This document shows, in pieces, positions 17,350-25,994 of a stretch of 64,000 nucleotides of DNA (the stretch's first letter is position 1; the number at the start of each line of letters is the position of its first letter). The stretch is from assembly GCA_963764625.1 (NCBI GenBank), contig CAVXTH010000006.1, forward strand, positions 672,001-736,000. Reading direction: 5' to 3'. A program made the position numbers and the translations under genes. Origin of the DNA: Candidatus Krumholzibacteriota bacterium (lineage in GTDB: Bacteria; Krumholzibacteriota; Krumholzibacteriia; JAJRXK01). The notes beneath the pieces were generated by a model, which searched no databases, was not told the origin of the DNA, and saw nothing but the letters and a program-made list of their open reading frames with translations.

Positions 17350-18462
17350 GTGCGCGTTACTTTCGTTTCCCCTCCTCTGTACGCTATGCACACCCGCCCC
17401 GACCTGCATTTTGCGGGTGGAGCGGAATTCCAGCAACTCTCGCTTGCACGTTGGATGCGCGACAATGGGCATGAGGTGTCCTTCGTGGTTGGAGACTTTG
17501 GGCAGAATGAAGTCGAGACGGTGGAGGGCTTTCATTTCTACCGTGCATTTGAGATTGGGGTGGGGAACCGCAAGTTGCGATTCATCCCCGATATGCTCAA
17601 GTTGAGAGACGCGATTCGACAAAGTCGCCCCCAGCTCGTAAATCAACGTTCAACCTCGTTCTACACGGGCCAGTGCTGTTGGTTCAGCCACCAGTGCGAT
17701 GCCGCATTCACCTTCTCCTTGGGAATCGACTACAACTGCTGGCCCGATCTCCAAGGCCGCGCGCCGAAGATCATACAGCACATGTATCGTTGGGGCGTGG
17801 AACACGCCGAACTCGTGTTGGCACAGACGAAGAACCAATGCACACTGATGGAGCAGAATTTTCGCTGTCACCCTGAGGTTCTACCCAATGTGCTTGCCAT
17901 CCCGGAGCCCCGGGTACCTGACGAGGAGAGAGACTACGTCCTGTGGGTGGGCAGCCTGGCGAAGCGCAAACGACCTGAGATCTTTCTCGAGCTCGCCCGC
18001 TCGCTCGCCCAACAGACTTTTGTCCTGGTTGGTGGACCGGGGGAAGATGAGGGCTACGACGAGCAGATGAGACTGATCGCCCAGAAAATCCCCAACCTCG
18101 AATGGCGTGGCTTCGTACCACCACAGGAAATGGACACGATCTACCGTCACGCGCGTTTGCTCGTGGGAACTTCGAGATTGGAGGGGCTCCCGAACACCTA
18201 TCTACAGAGCTGGTCCCATGGAGTGCCCGTCATTTCGGTGAGCGTGGATCCGGATCAGGTCATCGTCCAGAAGGAACTGGGAGAATTGGTAGGGGAAGAG
18301 GGTGACCTGGAATCTGTCGTTCGCATTTGGCTAGACGACTCGAGTCGGCGGCACCGAGCTGGCCAGCGCGGGTATGAACACGTGCGCGAGATCCATGACA
18401 TCGAGCGCGTCGCGCCCAGAGCGGTCGAGTTCTTCGAGCAAGCGATGGCGCAGCATGACTGA
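17350..18462 (+). CDS. Glycosyltransferase family 4
   Basis: GGAEFQ, WVGS...KRPE and EGLPNTYLQSW motifs. Confidence 0.9.
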   Translation: MRVTFVSPPLYAMHTRPDLHFAGGAEFQQLSLARWMRDNGHEVSFVVGDFGQNEVETVEGFHFYRAFEIGVGNRKLRFIPDMLKLRDAIRQSRPQLVNQRSTSFYTGQCCWFSHQCDAAFTFSLGIDYNCWPDLQGRAPKIIQHMYRWGVEHAELVLAQTKNQCTLMEQNFRCHPEVLPNVLAIPEPRVPDEERDYVLWVGSLAKRKRPEIFLELARSLAQQTFVLVGGPGEDEGYDEQMRLIAQKIPNLEWRGFVPPQEMDTIYRHARLLVGTSRLEGLPNTYLQSWSHGVPVISVSVDPDQVIVQKELGELVGEEGDLESVVRIWLDDSSRRHRAGQRGYEHVREIHDIERVAPRAVEFFEQAMAQHD

Positions 18463-19591
18463 GGGACCTTTGCGCATCGCAATTCTCGGCACGCGAGGGC
18501 TTCCGCCTCGGTACGGCGGGCGAGAGACTGCCGCGGACGAGATCGGGCGGCGCTTGGTAGCGCGCGGCCACGAAGTGCTCGTTTACTCTCGGAACTACAA
18601 CGCTCCGTCACCTCGACCTCGAGAGTACGGTGGAATCCGCCTGGTTTACCTGCCTTCGATTCGAACCAAGAACTTCGATACACCGTTCCACCTCGCGCTG
18701 TCCCTCGTACACCTCCTCTTGCGGGAAAGGTCAGAGGTCGTGGTCCTGAGTGGATCAGGAACCTCCTTTGCGATTCCGATACTTCATCTGTTTGGCAAGA
18801 AGACGGTCATGTGGGTGGATGGGAAGGCGTGGACCCGCGGGAAGTGGGGGCGCATTGCACAATGGTATCTGAAGCGCTCTGCGCGCTATGGGGTCGCGCA
18901 CAGCGACGCCATCATTACGGACACCCCGCTTGCTCATCGCTTCTATTTGGAGGAAATGGGCATAGAAACCAACTGCATCCCCTATGGGGCGCAGGTGGAA
19001 CCAGTTGGGGGCACGGAGACTCTCGAACGATTTGGGCTGGTCCCGGGTGAGTACGTACTTTTCGTGGGACGGCTCGTGCCGGAGAAAGGCGTTCAGTATC
19101 TCATCGAGGCGTATGAGAAAATCGACACTCCCAGGAAACTGGTGATCGTCGGTGACGATCCCTATCAGCCCGAGTTCATCTGCGAACTCAAGAGTACCAT
19201 GGACCCACGCATCCTTTTCACCGGGTATGTCTTCGGAAGCGGGTTCCACCAGCTCATGCGCAATTGCCGAGTCTACGTACAGCCGAGCGAGGTCGAGGGG
19301 ACAAGCCCTGTCCTCCTCAGTGCGATGGCCTACGGCCGTGCTGTAGTGGTCAACGGGATTCCCGAAAATCTCAATACGATCGGTGAGGCAGGAATCTCCT
19401 TCGAACCGAGCAACTCGCGTGATCTGCAAGCGAAGTTAGAAGATATTCTCGAGGATGACGCTCGACTGCAAGATTTGGGAAAACAAGCTGTCAATCGAGT
19501 GCGCTTGCACTACGACTGGGAGCCGATCACCGATAGCTTCGAGGAACTCTTGCTCTCTCTCCACAGGAGCGTGCGGCGTGAAGCGGACTGA
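18455..19591 (+). CDS. Glycosyltransferase family 4 (DUF1972-like N-terminus)
   Basis: Start reassigned to ATG 18455; IAILGTRGLPPRYGG, VGRLVPEKG and EGTSPVLLSAMAYG motifs. Confidence 0.9.
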   Translation: MTEGPLRIAILGTRGLPPRYGGRETAADEIGRRLVARGHEVLVYSRNYNAPSPRPREYGGIRLVYLPSIRTKNFDTPFHLALSLVHLLLRERSEVVVLSGSGTSFAIPILHLFGKKTVMWVDGKAWTRGKWGRIAQWYLKRSARYGVAHSDAIITDTPLAHRFYLEEMGIETNCIPYGAQVEPVGGTETLERFGLVPGEYVLFVGRLVPEKGVQYLIEAYEKIDTPRKLVIVGDDPYQPEFICELKSTMDPRILFTGYVFGSGFHQLMRNCRVYVQPSEVEGTSPVLLSAMAYGRAVVVNGIPENLNTIGEAGISFEPSNSRDLQAKLEDILEDDARLQDLGKQAVNRVRLHYDWEPITDSFEELLLSLHRSVRREAD

Positions 19592-19694
19592 CGATCGGCC
19601 GAACTCGCGGAACCGGCGGGGAAGACTCGAAGGCACACCTCACGGTGGAGAATACTATTGCCCTCACAGCCACGCTTCAGGTAGCATCGTAAGT

Positions 19695-20411
19695 GTGCTA
19701 AAGGAACATCAGAAGCTTCAAGAAACGGTCGACTCCGTACTGCTTGGAAAGCCACGGCCACGGGTGCTCGAGGCTGGCTGCGGTTCGTTGAGCCACGTGC
19801 GGTTTCCGGCCGACACCCAGCTGGTTGGGATCGACATCTCGCAAGGTCAACTGGATAGAAATAAGGGCCTCCACGAGAGAATCTTGGGGGATGTGCAAAC
19901 CTATCAGCTCGAGCCCGAGAGTTTCGATGGAATTGTCTGTTGGGACGTTCTCGAGCACCTCGAGGCACCGGAAAAAGCGCTGGAGAGATTCTCCGAGGGA
20001 ATTCGAGCTGGCGGTGTTATCATCCTCTCCGCTCCAAATCCGCTCTCCACCAAGGGCCTGGTGACCAAACTTACGCCCTACGTGTTTCACCTGTGGTTTT
20101 ACCGCAAGATCCGTGGATGGAAGCAGGCGGGAACGGCGGGCAATCCGCCTTTTCCCACCTACTTGAGGCTCTCGATGGCTCCGAAATCCATCGAAAGATT
20201 CGCCGCACGCCAGGGTCTCCACGTGCTGTATCGAAGCGTGGCCGGATATGGGGACTCGAGGGACGTGATGGGTCGGAAAAGCCGGAAAGTGGATATGGTG
20301 ATGGTCGTGCTCAACTCCCTGCTACGAGTTCTCAGTTTGGGTACGATCCAGCCAGAGGCGACACAGCTGTATTTCGTGCTTCAGAAGCCTCCCGCGGCAT
20401 CGAGCGCCTGA
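19695..20411 (+). CDS. Class I SAM-dependent methyltransferase
   Basis: VLEAGCGS, VGIDIS and WDVLEHL motifs; probable GTG start at 19695. Confidence 0.85.
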   Translation: MLKEHQKLQETVDSVLLGKPRPRVLEAGCGSLSHVRFPADTQLVGIDISQGQLDRNKGLHERILGDVQTYQLEPESFDGIVCWDVLEHLEAPEKALERFSEGIRAGGVIILSAPNPLSTKGLVTKLTPYVFHLWFYRKIRGWKQAGTAGNPPFPTYLRLSMAPKSIERFAARQGLHVLYRSVAGYGDSRDVMGRKSRKVDMVMVVLNSLLRVLSLGTIQPEATQLYFVLQKPPAASSA

Positions 20412-20429
20412 ACTCAAGTCTGTCTGTCC

Positions 20430-20990
20430 TCACAGCAGATTGCTCGGCTGCCAACCCATACGCCTCGCGGTCTCGGTGAAGGCGCGGGTCAGCTTGGTGT
20501 TCAGGCGCCGGTAGAACGGCCGCGCCAACAACCACAGCATGACCGCGTAGATCAGGTACACAGTACCCAGATTGATATAGTTCGGACGCGCCTTCGACTG
20601 GAGGTACCCGATGGGCATGTCGAAGCTCCAGTAGGTGAGGCCGCTCCAGGCCACGGCAAGGGGGTGAAGCCAGTTTATATTGATCGCCCACAGCGCGTTC
20701 ACCGCCAACATTAGACTCGTAATGGAGAGCAGCTTGGCGAGGAAGGGGCGTCGGCACAGGCCCACGAGACCCAGAAAGATGGCCAGGAGCAACGCGCCGT
20801 GTTGTGCCAGCTTTTGTAGCTCCCATACCCAGAAGCCCAGGTAGATCTTGTACCACACATAGTCCGGCGTGGTCGGTAAGAGCCAAAAAACTCGAACCAT
20901 CAAAACCAGCAAGACGGAGTAGACCGGCAGCAACCGGTAGCGGTCACAATCCGCAATGTGGGAAGCGGCACGTTGCAACCAGTGTCGCAT
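20430..20990 (-). CDS. Hypothetical membrane protein (~4 TM)
   Basis: 186-aa ORF with hydrophobic helices; AAAGGTGAG SD-like sequence upstream; fills the gap between convergent and divergent neighbours. Confidence 0.65.
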   Translation of the reverse strand: MRHWLQRAASHIADCDRYRLLPVYSVLLVLMVRVFWLLPTTPDYVWYKIYLGFWVWELQKLAQHGALLLAIFLGLVGLCRRPFLAKLLSITSLMLAVNALWAININWLHPLAVAWSGLTYWSFDMPIGYLQSKARPNYINLGTVYLIYAVMLWLLARPFYRRLNTKLTRAFTETARRMGWQPSNLL

Positions 20991-21176
20991 GACAACTCAC
21001 CTTTCTCAGGAGCGGCATGGGCTCCTCGGGTACCATGAGAAAGGGATGAACTCGGCAAGAGGGTGAAACCGCAAGATCCGTACGCCACCGATCCACGCTG
21101 GCAATGCGGAGCTTGCATGCTATGCTCGTTGCCCTTTCGCCTTCGATACGGCTTTCCCTCTTGAGGAGATCTTCGG

Positions 21177-23585
21177 GTGTCTCGACGCCTTCGGCGCAGC
21201 GTTCTGGGTATCGTACTGGCTCTGGTCGGACTCCTGATCGTGACTTTCTCCACCGGGACCTTTCTCCTGCGCGCCAGTCTGCCGCTCCTTCAGGGCGAGG
21301 AACCGGTGAAAGGCCTGCAGCAGACCGTCACGGTGGAGCGCGATTCCCTAGGGGTGCCCACGATCAAGGCTCGCGACCGTCTCGACGCGGCACGTGCCCT
21401 CGGATTCCTCCACGCTCAGGACCGCTTCTTCCAGATGGACCTGCTGCGTCGCAGAGCCGCCGGGGAGTTGGCCGCACTCTTTGGCCCCGCTCTCTTTGCG
21501 ACCGATCGCGAGGTGCGGCGCCACCGCTTCCGAGAACGGGCAGAGCGGCAAGCCGCGGCTACTTACGGGCGCAACCGAGAAATTCTTTTGGCCTACACTG
21601 AAGGGGTGAACGAAGGACTGGCCGCGTTACACGCTCGCCCCTTCGAATACTTCGTGTTGCGTCAGAGACCCCAGCCCTGGCGCCCCGCTGACACTTTCCT
21701 CACTCTCTATGCCATGTTTCTGGATCTCGACCTCTCCACCGCCACCACCGAAGCAAGCTGGGCCTGCGTGCACGACGTCCTTCCACCTGGGCTTGCGGAG
21801 CTGCTCTTGCCGCGCGGGAACCGCTGGGAGGCGCCGCTGCAAGAGGGGGAGGTAGGCGGCGTTGTCCTTCCCGATTCCTCCCAGGTCGACCTGCGTGAGT
21901 CGTCGGATTGGATTCCCGATGCTAACCCCACCGAAGTCAAAGGTTCCGAAAGCTCTGGCCGCGAGCCCGCCGGGTCGAACAACTGGGCCATCGCAGGAGC
22001 TCTGAGTGGCCATGGTGGCGCTCTTCTCGCCAACGACATGCACCTGGGTCACGCCCTGCCCAACATCTGGTACCGCGCACGCATGAGTTGGCCCGAGGAC
22101 GAGGGAACTCGCTCCATGGTGGGAGTCACGCTGCCCGGCGCCCCGGCGTTGGTCGCGGGGAGCAACGGTCAAGTGGCCTGGGGTTTCACCAACAGCCAAG
22201 GCGATTGGTGTGATCTGGTCCGGCTCGAGTGCGCACCGGGCGATTCCACTCTCTACCGCACTCCGGTCGGCTGGAAACACTTCACGCACGCGCCGCTTCC
22301 GATCGAAGTCGCGGGCGCGAAACCTGACACCCTCTGGGCCGACGAAACGATTTGGGGTCCGGTGTACGGCCACGCTGCGAACGGAGAGCCTCTGGCCCTG
22401 CGCTGGACCGCCTACGATTCCACCGCGGTGAATCTGAATCTGCTCGAACTCGAGTCGACCGGCGATGTAGATGCGGTCGTCGCCCTGGCGGCCAGCCTGG
22501 GGATTCCCGAACAGAACTTGGTATGCGTCGACCAGTCGGGAAGGATCGCCTGGACAGTGGCGGGCGCAATCCCCCGGCGAGTCGGCTTCGACGGACGGCT
22601 TCCGGTCTCGTGGGCCGATGGTAGCCGTCGATGGGACGGGTACTACGACGCTTCCTCGCAACCCAGACTCGTCGATCCCCAAGAGGGTCGCCTGTGGAGC
22701 GCGAACAATCGCGTGACGGCGGGGGAGGATCTTGGGCGAATCGGAGACGGGGGTTACGCGCTAGGCGCGAGGGCGCGACAGATTCGGGACGCTTTGCGCG
22801 CGTTGGACCACCCGGTGGAGAAGGACATGTTGGCGGTGCAGCTCGACGATCGGGCTCTCTTCATGGGGGAGTGGCGTACGCTCTTGCTCACGGTCCTGAG
22901 GCGCACACCACCAACGCCGAACACGGCTCGCGCGGAATTCCAACGAATCGTGCGCGATGAGTGGTCGGGCCACGCCAGCGTGGAATCGGTGGCGTACCGG
23001 CTGGTGCGTGAGGCGACCCATAACTGCGTACAGAGAATCTACGAGATGCTGACCGCGCCCTGTCGCCGCGCCGACCCGCGCTTCCGCTCGATCTGGCTGC
23101 CCTATCGTCACGCCGTGAGCTGGGAACTCTTGAGCAAGCAACCGCGAAATCTCCTGAGTTCCCGCTACCCCGACTGGGACGCGCTGGTGCTTCAGGCAAT
23201 CGACGAGACGGTGGCCGCGGCGACCGCCGAGGGAGCCGAGCTAAAGGACCATACCTGGGGCGCCCGCAATACGGTGGACATCGCACACCCCCTCTGCCGG
23301 CTCTTTCCCTGGTTGAGTCGGTGGCTGGCAGTGCCCCCGCTTCCTTTGCCCGGAGACTCCTGGATGCCCCGCGTGCAGCACCCTCGCCGAGGCGCCAGCG
23401 AGAGGTTCGTGATCTCGCCTGGACGCGAAGCGGAGGGAATCTTCGAGATGCCGGGAGGGGAGAGTGGCCACCCCCTTTCCCGCTTTTTCACCGCGGGAAC
23501 CGGGGCTTGGGCGAAAGGTGAGCCGACGCCACTTCTACCCGGACCCGCGAAGTACCGGCTCACATTGACCCCTCAGGGGACATAG
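21177..23585 (+). CDS. Penicillin acylase family (Ntn hydrolase) protein
   Basis: N-terminal TM/signal; RDSLGVPTI, HAQDRFFQMDLLRR, GSNNW (Ser nucleophile), ANDMHL, SANN and PGGESG motifs. Confidence 0.93.
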   Translation: MSRRLRRSVLGIVLALVGLLIVTFSTGTFLLRASLPLLQGEEPVKGLQQTVTVERDSLGVPTIKARDRLDAARALGFLHAQDRFFQMDLLRRRAAGELAALFGPALFATDREVRRHRFRERAERQAAATYGRNREILLAYTEGVNEGLAALHARPFEYFVLRQRPQPWRPADTFLTLYAMFLDLDLSTATTEASWACVHDVLPPGLAELLLPRGNRWEAPLQEGEVGGVVLPDSSQVDLRESSDWIPDANPTEVKGSESSGREPAGSNNWAIAGALSGHGGALLANDMHLGHALPNIWYRARMSWPEDEGTRSMVGVTLPGAPALVAGSNGQVAWGFTNSQGDWCDLVRLECAPGDSTLYRTPVGWKHFTHAPLPIEVAGAKPDTLWADETIWGPVYGHAANGEPLALRWTAYDSTAVNLNLLELESTGDVDAVVALAASLGIPEQNLVCVDQSGRIAWTVAGAIPRRVGFDGRLPVSWADGSRRWDGYYDASSQPRLVDPQEGRLWSANNRVTAGEDLGRIGDGGYALGARARQIRDALRALDHPVEKDMLAVQLDDRALFMGEWRTLLLTVLRRTPPTPNTARAEFQRIVRDEWSGHASVESVAYRLVREATHNCVQRIYEMLTAPCRRADPRFRSIWLPYRHAVSWELLSKQPRNLLSSRYPDWDALVLQAIDETVAAATAEGAELKDHTWGARNTVDIAHPLCRLFPWLSRWLAVPPLPLPGDSWMPRVQHPRRGASERFVISPGREAEGIFEMPGGESGHPLSRFFTAGTGAWAKGEPTPLLPGPAKYRLTLTPQGT

Positions 23586-23586
23586 A

Positions 23587-23616
23587 TTGATTGTGGTTGG
23601 GCAGGAGTGCTATACT
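23587..23616 (+). promoter_or_regulatory. Putative sigma-70 promoter for the radical SAM operon
   Basis: TTGATT-18 nt-TATACT with extended TG (TGCTATACT). Confidence 0.6.
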
Positions 23617-23687
23617 CGACTTTCTGGCGGAGCTCCCATCCTCTCCGATCGTTGCGCAGCGTTCCTTTCGAATCTTCGAGGTGATCC

Positions 23688-24821
23688 ATGGATCTGTCCG
23701 TGATCCTCACTTATCGCTGTGACTCGCGCTGCTCGATGTGCAACATCTGGCAGAATCCGACGAAAACCAACAGCGAAGTGACCCTCGAGACGCTGGCCAA
23801 GCTCCCAGGAGGCTTCGATCATCTGAATCTCACCGGCGGCGAACCCACCCTCAGGAAGGATCTAGGCGAAATCGTCGATGCCCTCGCTCCCAAGGCGTGC
23901 ACCATCGAGATTTCCACCAACGGCCTTCATCCGGACAAACTGGTTCCCATCGTGAAGCGCCATCCCAGCATCAAGATCCGCATCAGCGTGGAGGGCTTCG
24001 AAGCGACGAACAACTGCATCCGCGGCGAGAAAGAGGGCTTCTCCAAGAAGATGGAATGCATGGATGCGTTGATCGAAGCGGGAGGGACGGACCTCGGTTT
24101 CGCGACGACCTTCCAGGACGAAAACGTGGATGAGATCGTCGACCTCTACGTGATGAGCCGTGACAAGGGAGTGGAGTTCGCCACCTCGGCTCTTCACAAC
24201 GGCTTCCAGTTCCACAAGGACGACAACGTCCCCTACGACCGTCGAGCCATCGCGAGCCGGGTGGAAGACCTGGTGGCGGAGATGATGAAGGCCTGGGATG
24301 CCAAGACTCTATTCCGTGCCTACCTGAACCTGGGTCTCATCGCCAAAGTATTGGGACACGATCGCCTCATTCCGTGTACCGCCGGCAGCATGTTCGGCTT
24401 CATTGATCCGTGGAGTGACGTCTACGCCTGCAACGTCCGGCCGGATCTCAAAATGGGGAACCTCTTGGAAGCGAGCTGGCGGGAGATCATGACCTCGCCG
24501 GTGGCGGACGAGCAGCGCAAGAAGGTCAGCGCTTGCACGCAGAATTGCTGGATGGTGGCCTCGGCGAAGACCGCGATGCGGAACGAGCACTACGCCAAGC
24601 TCCCGCGGATGAAACCTCTGCTCTGGGTGATCCAGAACAAGCTGCGGACCATGCTGGGGATCCGTATTCCTTTCGAGAAGTACGTCGATTATTCCATCGT
24701 GCATCAGGACGAGAACATCGTGCGGCGCGAAACCTATCTGGGGAAACGTCAGAAAGCGGTCATGCAGCCGGACGAAAGCCGGCAGTACGGCCAGTTCAAG
24801 AACGGATTCTTCAATCGCTAG
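23688..24821 (+). CDS. Radical SAM protein with SPASM/twitch domain
   Basis: CxxxCxxC (CDSRCSMC), TGGEP, STNG; C-terminal PCTAG...VYACN...CTQNCWM. Confidence 0.92.
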   Translation: MDLSVILTYRCDSRCSMCNIWQNPTKTNSEVTLETLAKLPGGFDHLNLTGGEPTLRKDLGEIVDALAPKACTIEISTNGLHPDKLVPIVKRHPSIKIRISVEGFEATNNCIRGEKEGFSKKMECMDALIEAGGTDLGFATTFQDENVDEIVDLYVMSRDKGVEFATSALHNGFQFHKDDNVPYDRRAIASRVEDLVAEMMKAWDAKTLFRAYLNLGLIAKVLGHDRLIPCTAGSMFGFIDPWSDVYACNVRPDLKMGNLLEASWREIMTSPVADEQRKKVSACTQNCWMVASAKTAMRNEHYAKLPRMKPLLWVIQNKLRTMLGIRIPFEKYVDYSIVHQDENIVRRETYLGKRQKAVMQPDESRQYGQFKNGFFNR

Positions 24822-24832
24822 AGGCGTCGCGG

Positions 24833-25993
24833 ATGAATGTGGCCATCCTGGGGATCAAGACCCTGCCCGCGGTGGCGGGTGCGGACCGCGTCGTAGAGAA
24901 GCTTCTGGAAAACTTCTCTACGGAGCACGACTATTGGGTCTACCTTCGCAAGGACTCCTCCTCGGTAAGCTGTCACGACAACCTGCATTTCATCCACGTT
25001 CCGGCTCTGCGCGGAAAGCATCTGGGTTCATTCAGCTATTTCTTCCTCTGTTGCGTGCACTACCTGCTCAAGGGCCGCTACGATCTCGCCCACGTTCACA
25101 ATTCGGATTTCGGACTCTTCGTTCCCCTGCTCCGGCTCAAGCTCGGGGTTCCCGTGTTGGGCACCTTCCATGGTGACCCCTACTCGCGGGAGAAGTGGGG
25201 GAGCTTCGCCAAGCTCTACCTGAGGCTCTCGGAATGTTTCTTCGTTCAGTTCTGTCAAAGAGTGAGCTCGGTTTCCCGCTTCAAAGATCAGGTTCGGGGG
25301 CTGTGGACTAGGAAGGCCGTTACCTACATTCCCAACGGCGTCGATCCCTACTTTCAGGAGAGCCATCCGGAAAGTCTCGACCTGGCGGATTTCGGACTCG
25401 AGCCGCGAGCCTACCTTCTCTTTGCCTGTGGTCGGCTCGATTCAACCAAGGGGCTACATCACTTGCTTGCCGCCTGGGGATCGGTGGACACGACCCACCG
25501 GCTTTGCGTCGTGGGCGACTTCAGCCACGACGCGACGTACAGTGCGCGCGTCGACGCCATCATCGAGGCGGACCCCTCGATTCACGCCCACCGCCGTCTC
25601 CTGGGGAGAGAAGCGCTTCTCGAGCTGGTGAGGAATTGCGTGCTCTTCGTCTTCCCGTCGGAATACGAGGCGATGTCGATGATGCTGCTGGAGGCGATCT
25701 CCTGCATGCGACCGGTCCTCTGCTCGGACATCCCACCGAACCTGGAGCTTCTCGTCCCCGGCTATCCCTACGTGTACCGGACCGGAGATGACCGGTCGTT
25801 GGCCGAACGACTCGAAGCCGCCCTCGCCGATCCTGAGCTCGAACGCTGGAGTGAGAAACTCTACGAACGTTGCATGCGCGACTACGCGTGGGGACCCATC
25901 GCCGCCGAGTACGAGGAACTGTATCGTGAGGCGAGCGGAGGATCAATCGCCCCGGCATCGGCGAGCATGCAGGCGCACAATGGGAGCACCTAG
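24833..25993 (+). CDS. Glycosyltransferase family 4
   Basis: Start reassigned to MNVAILG; YIPNGVD, GRLDSTKG and EAMSMMLLEA motifs. Confidence 0.9.
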   Translation: MNVAILGIKTLPAVAGADRVVEKLLENFSTEHDYWVYLRKDSSSVSCHDNLHFIHVPALRGKHLGSFSYFFLCCVHYLLKGRYDLAHVHNSDFGLFVPLLRLKLGVPVLGTFHGDPYSREKWGSFAKLYLRLSECFFVQFCQRVSSVSRFKDQVRGLWTRKAVTYIPNGVDPYFQESHPESLDLADFGLEPRAYLLFACGRLDSTKGLHHLLAAWGSVDTTHRLCVVGDFSHDATYSARVDAIIEADPSIHAHRRLLGREALLELVRNCVLFVFPSEYEAMSMMLLEAISCMRPVLCSDIPPNLELLVPGYPYVYRTGDDRSLAERLEAALADPELERWSEKLYERCMRDYAWGPIAAEYEELYREASGGSIAPASASMQAHNGST

Positions 25994-25994
25994 C

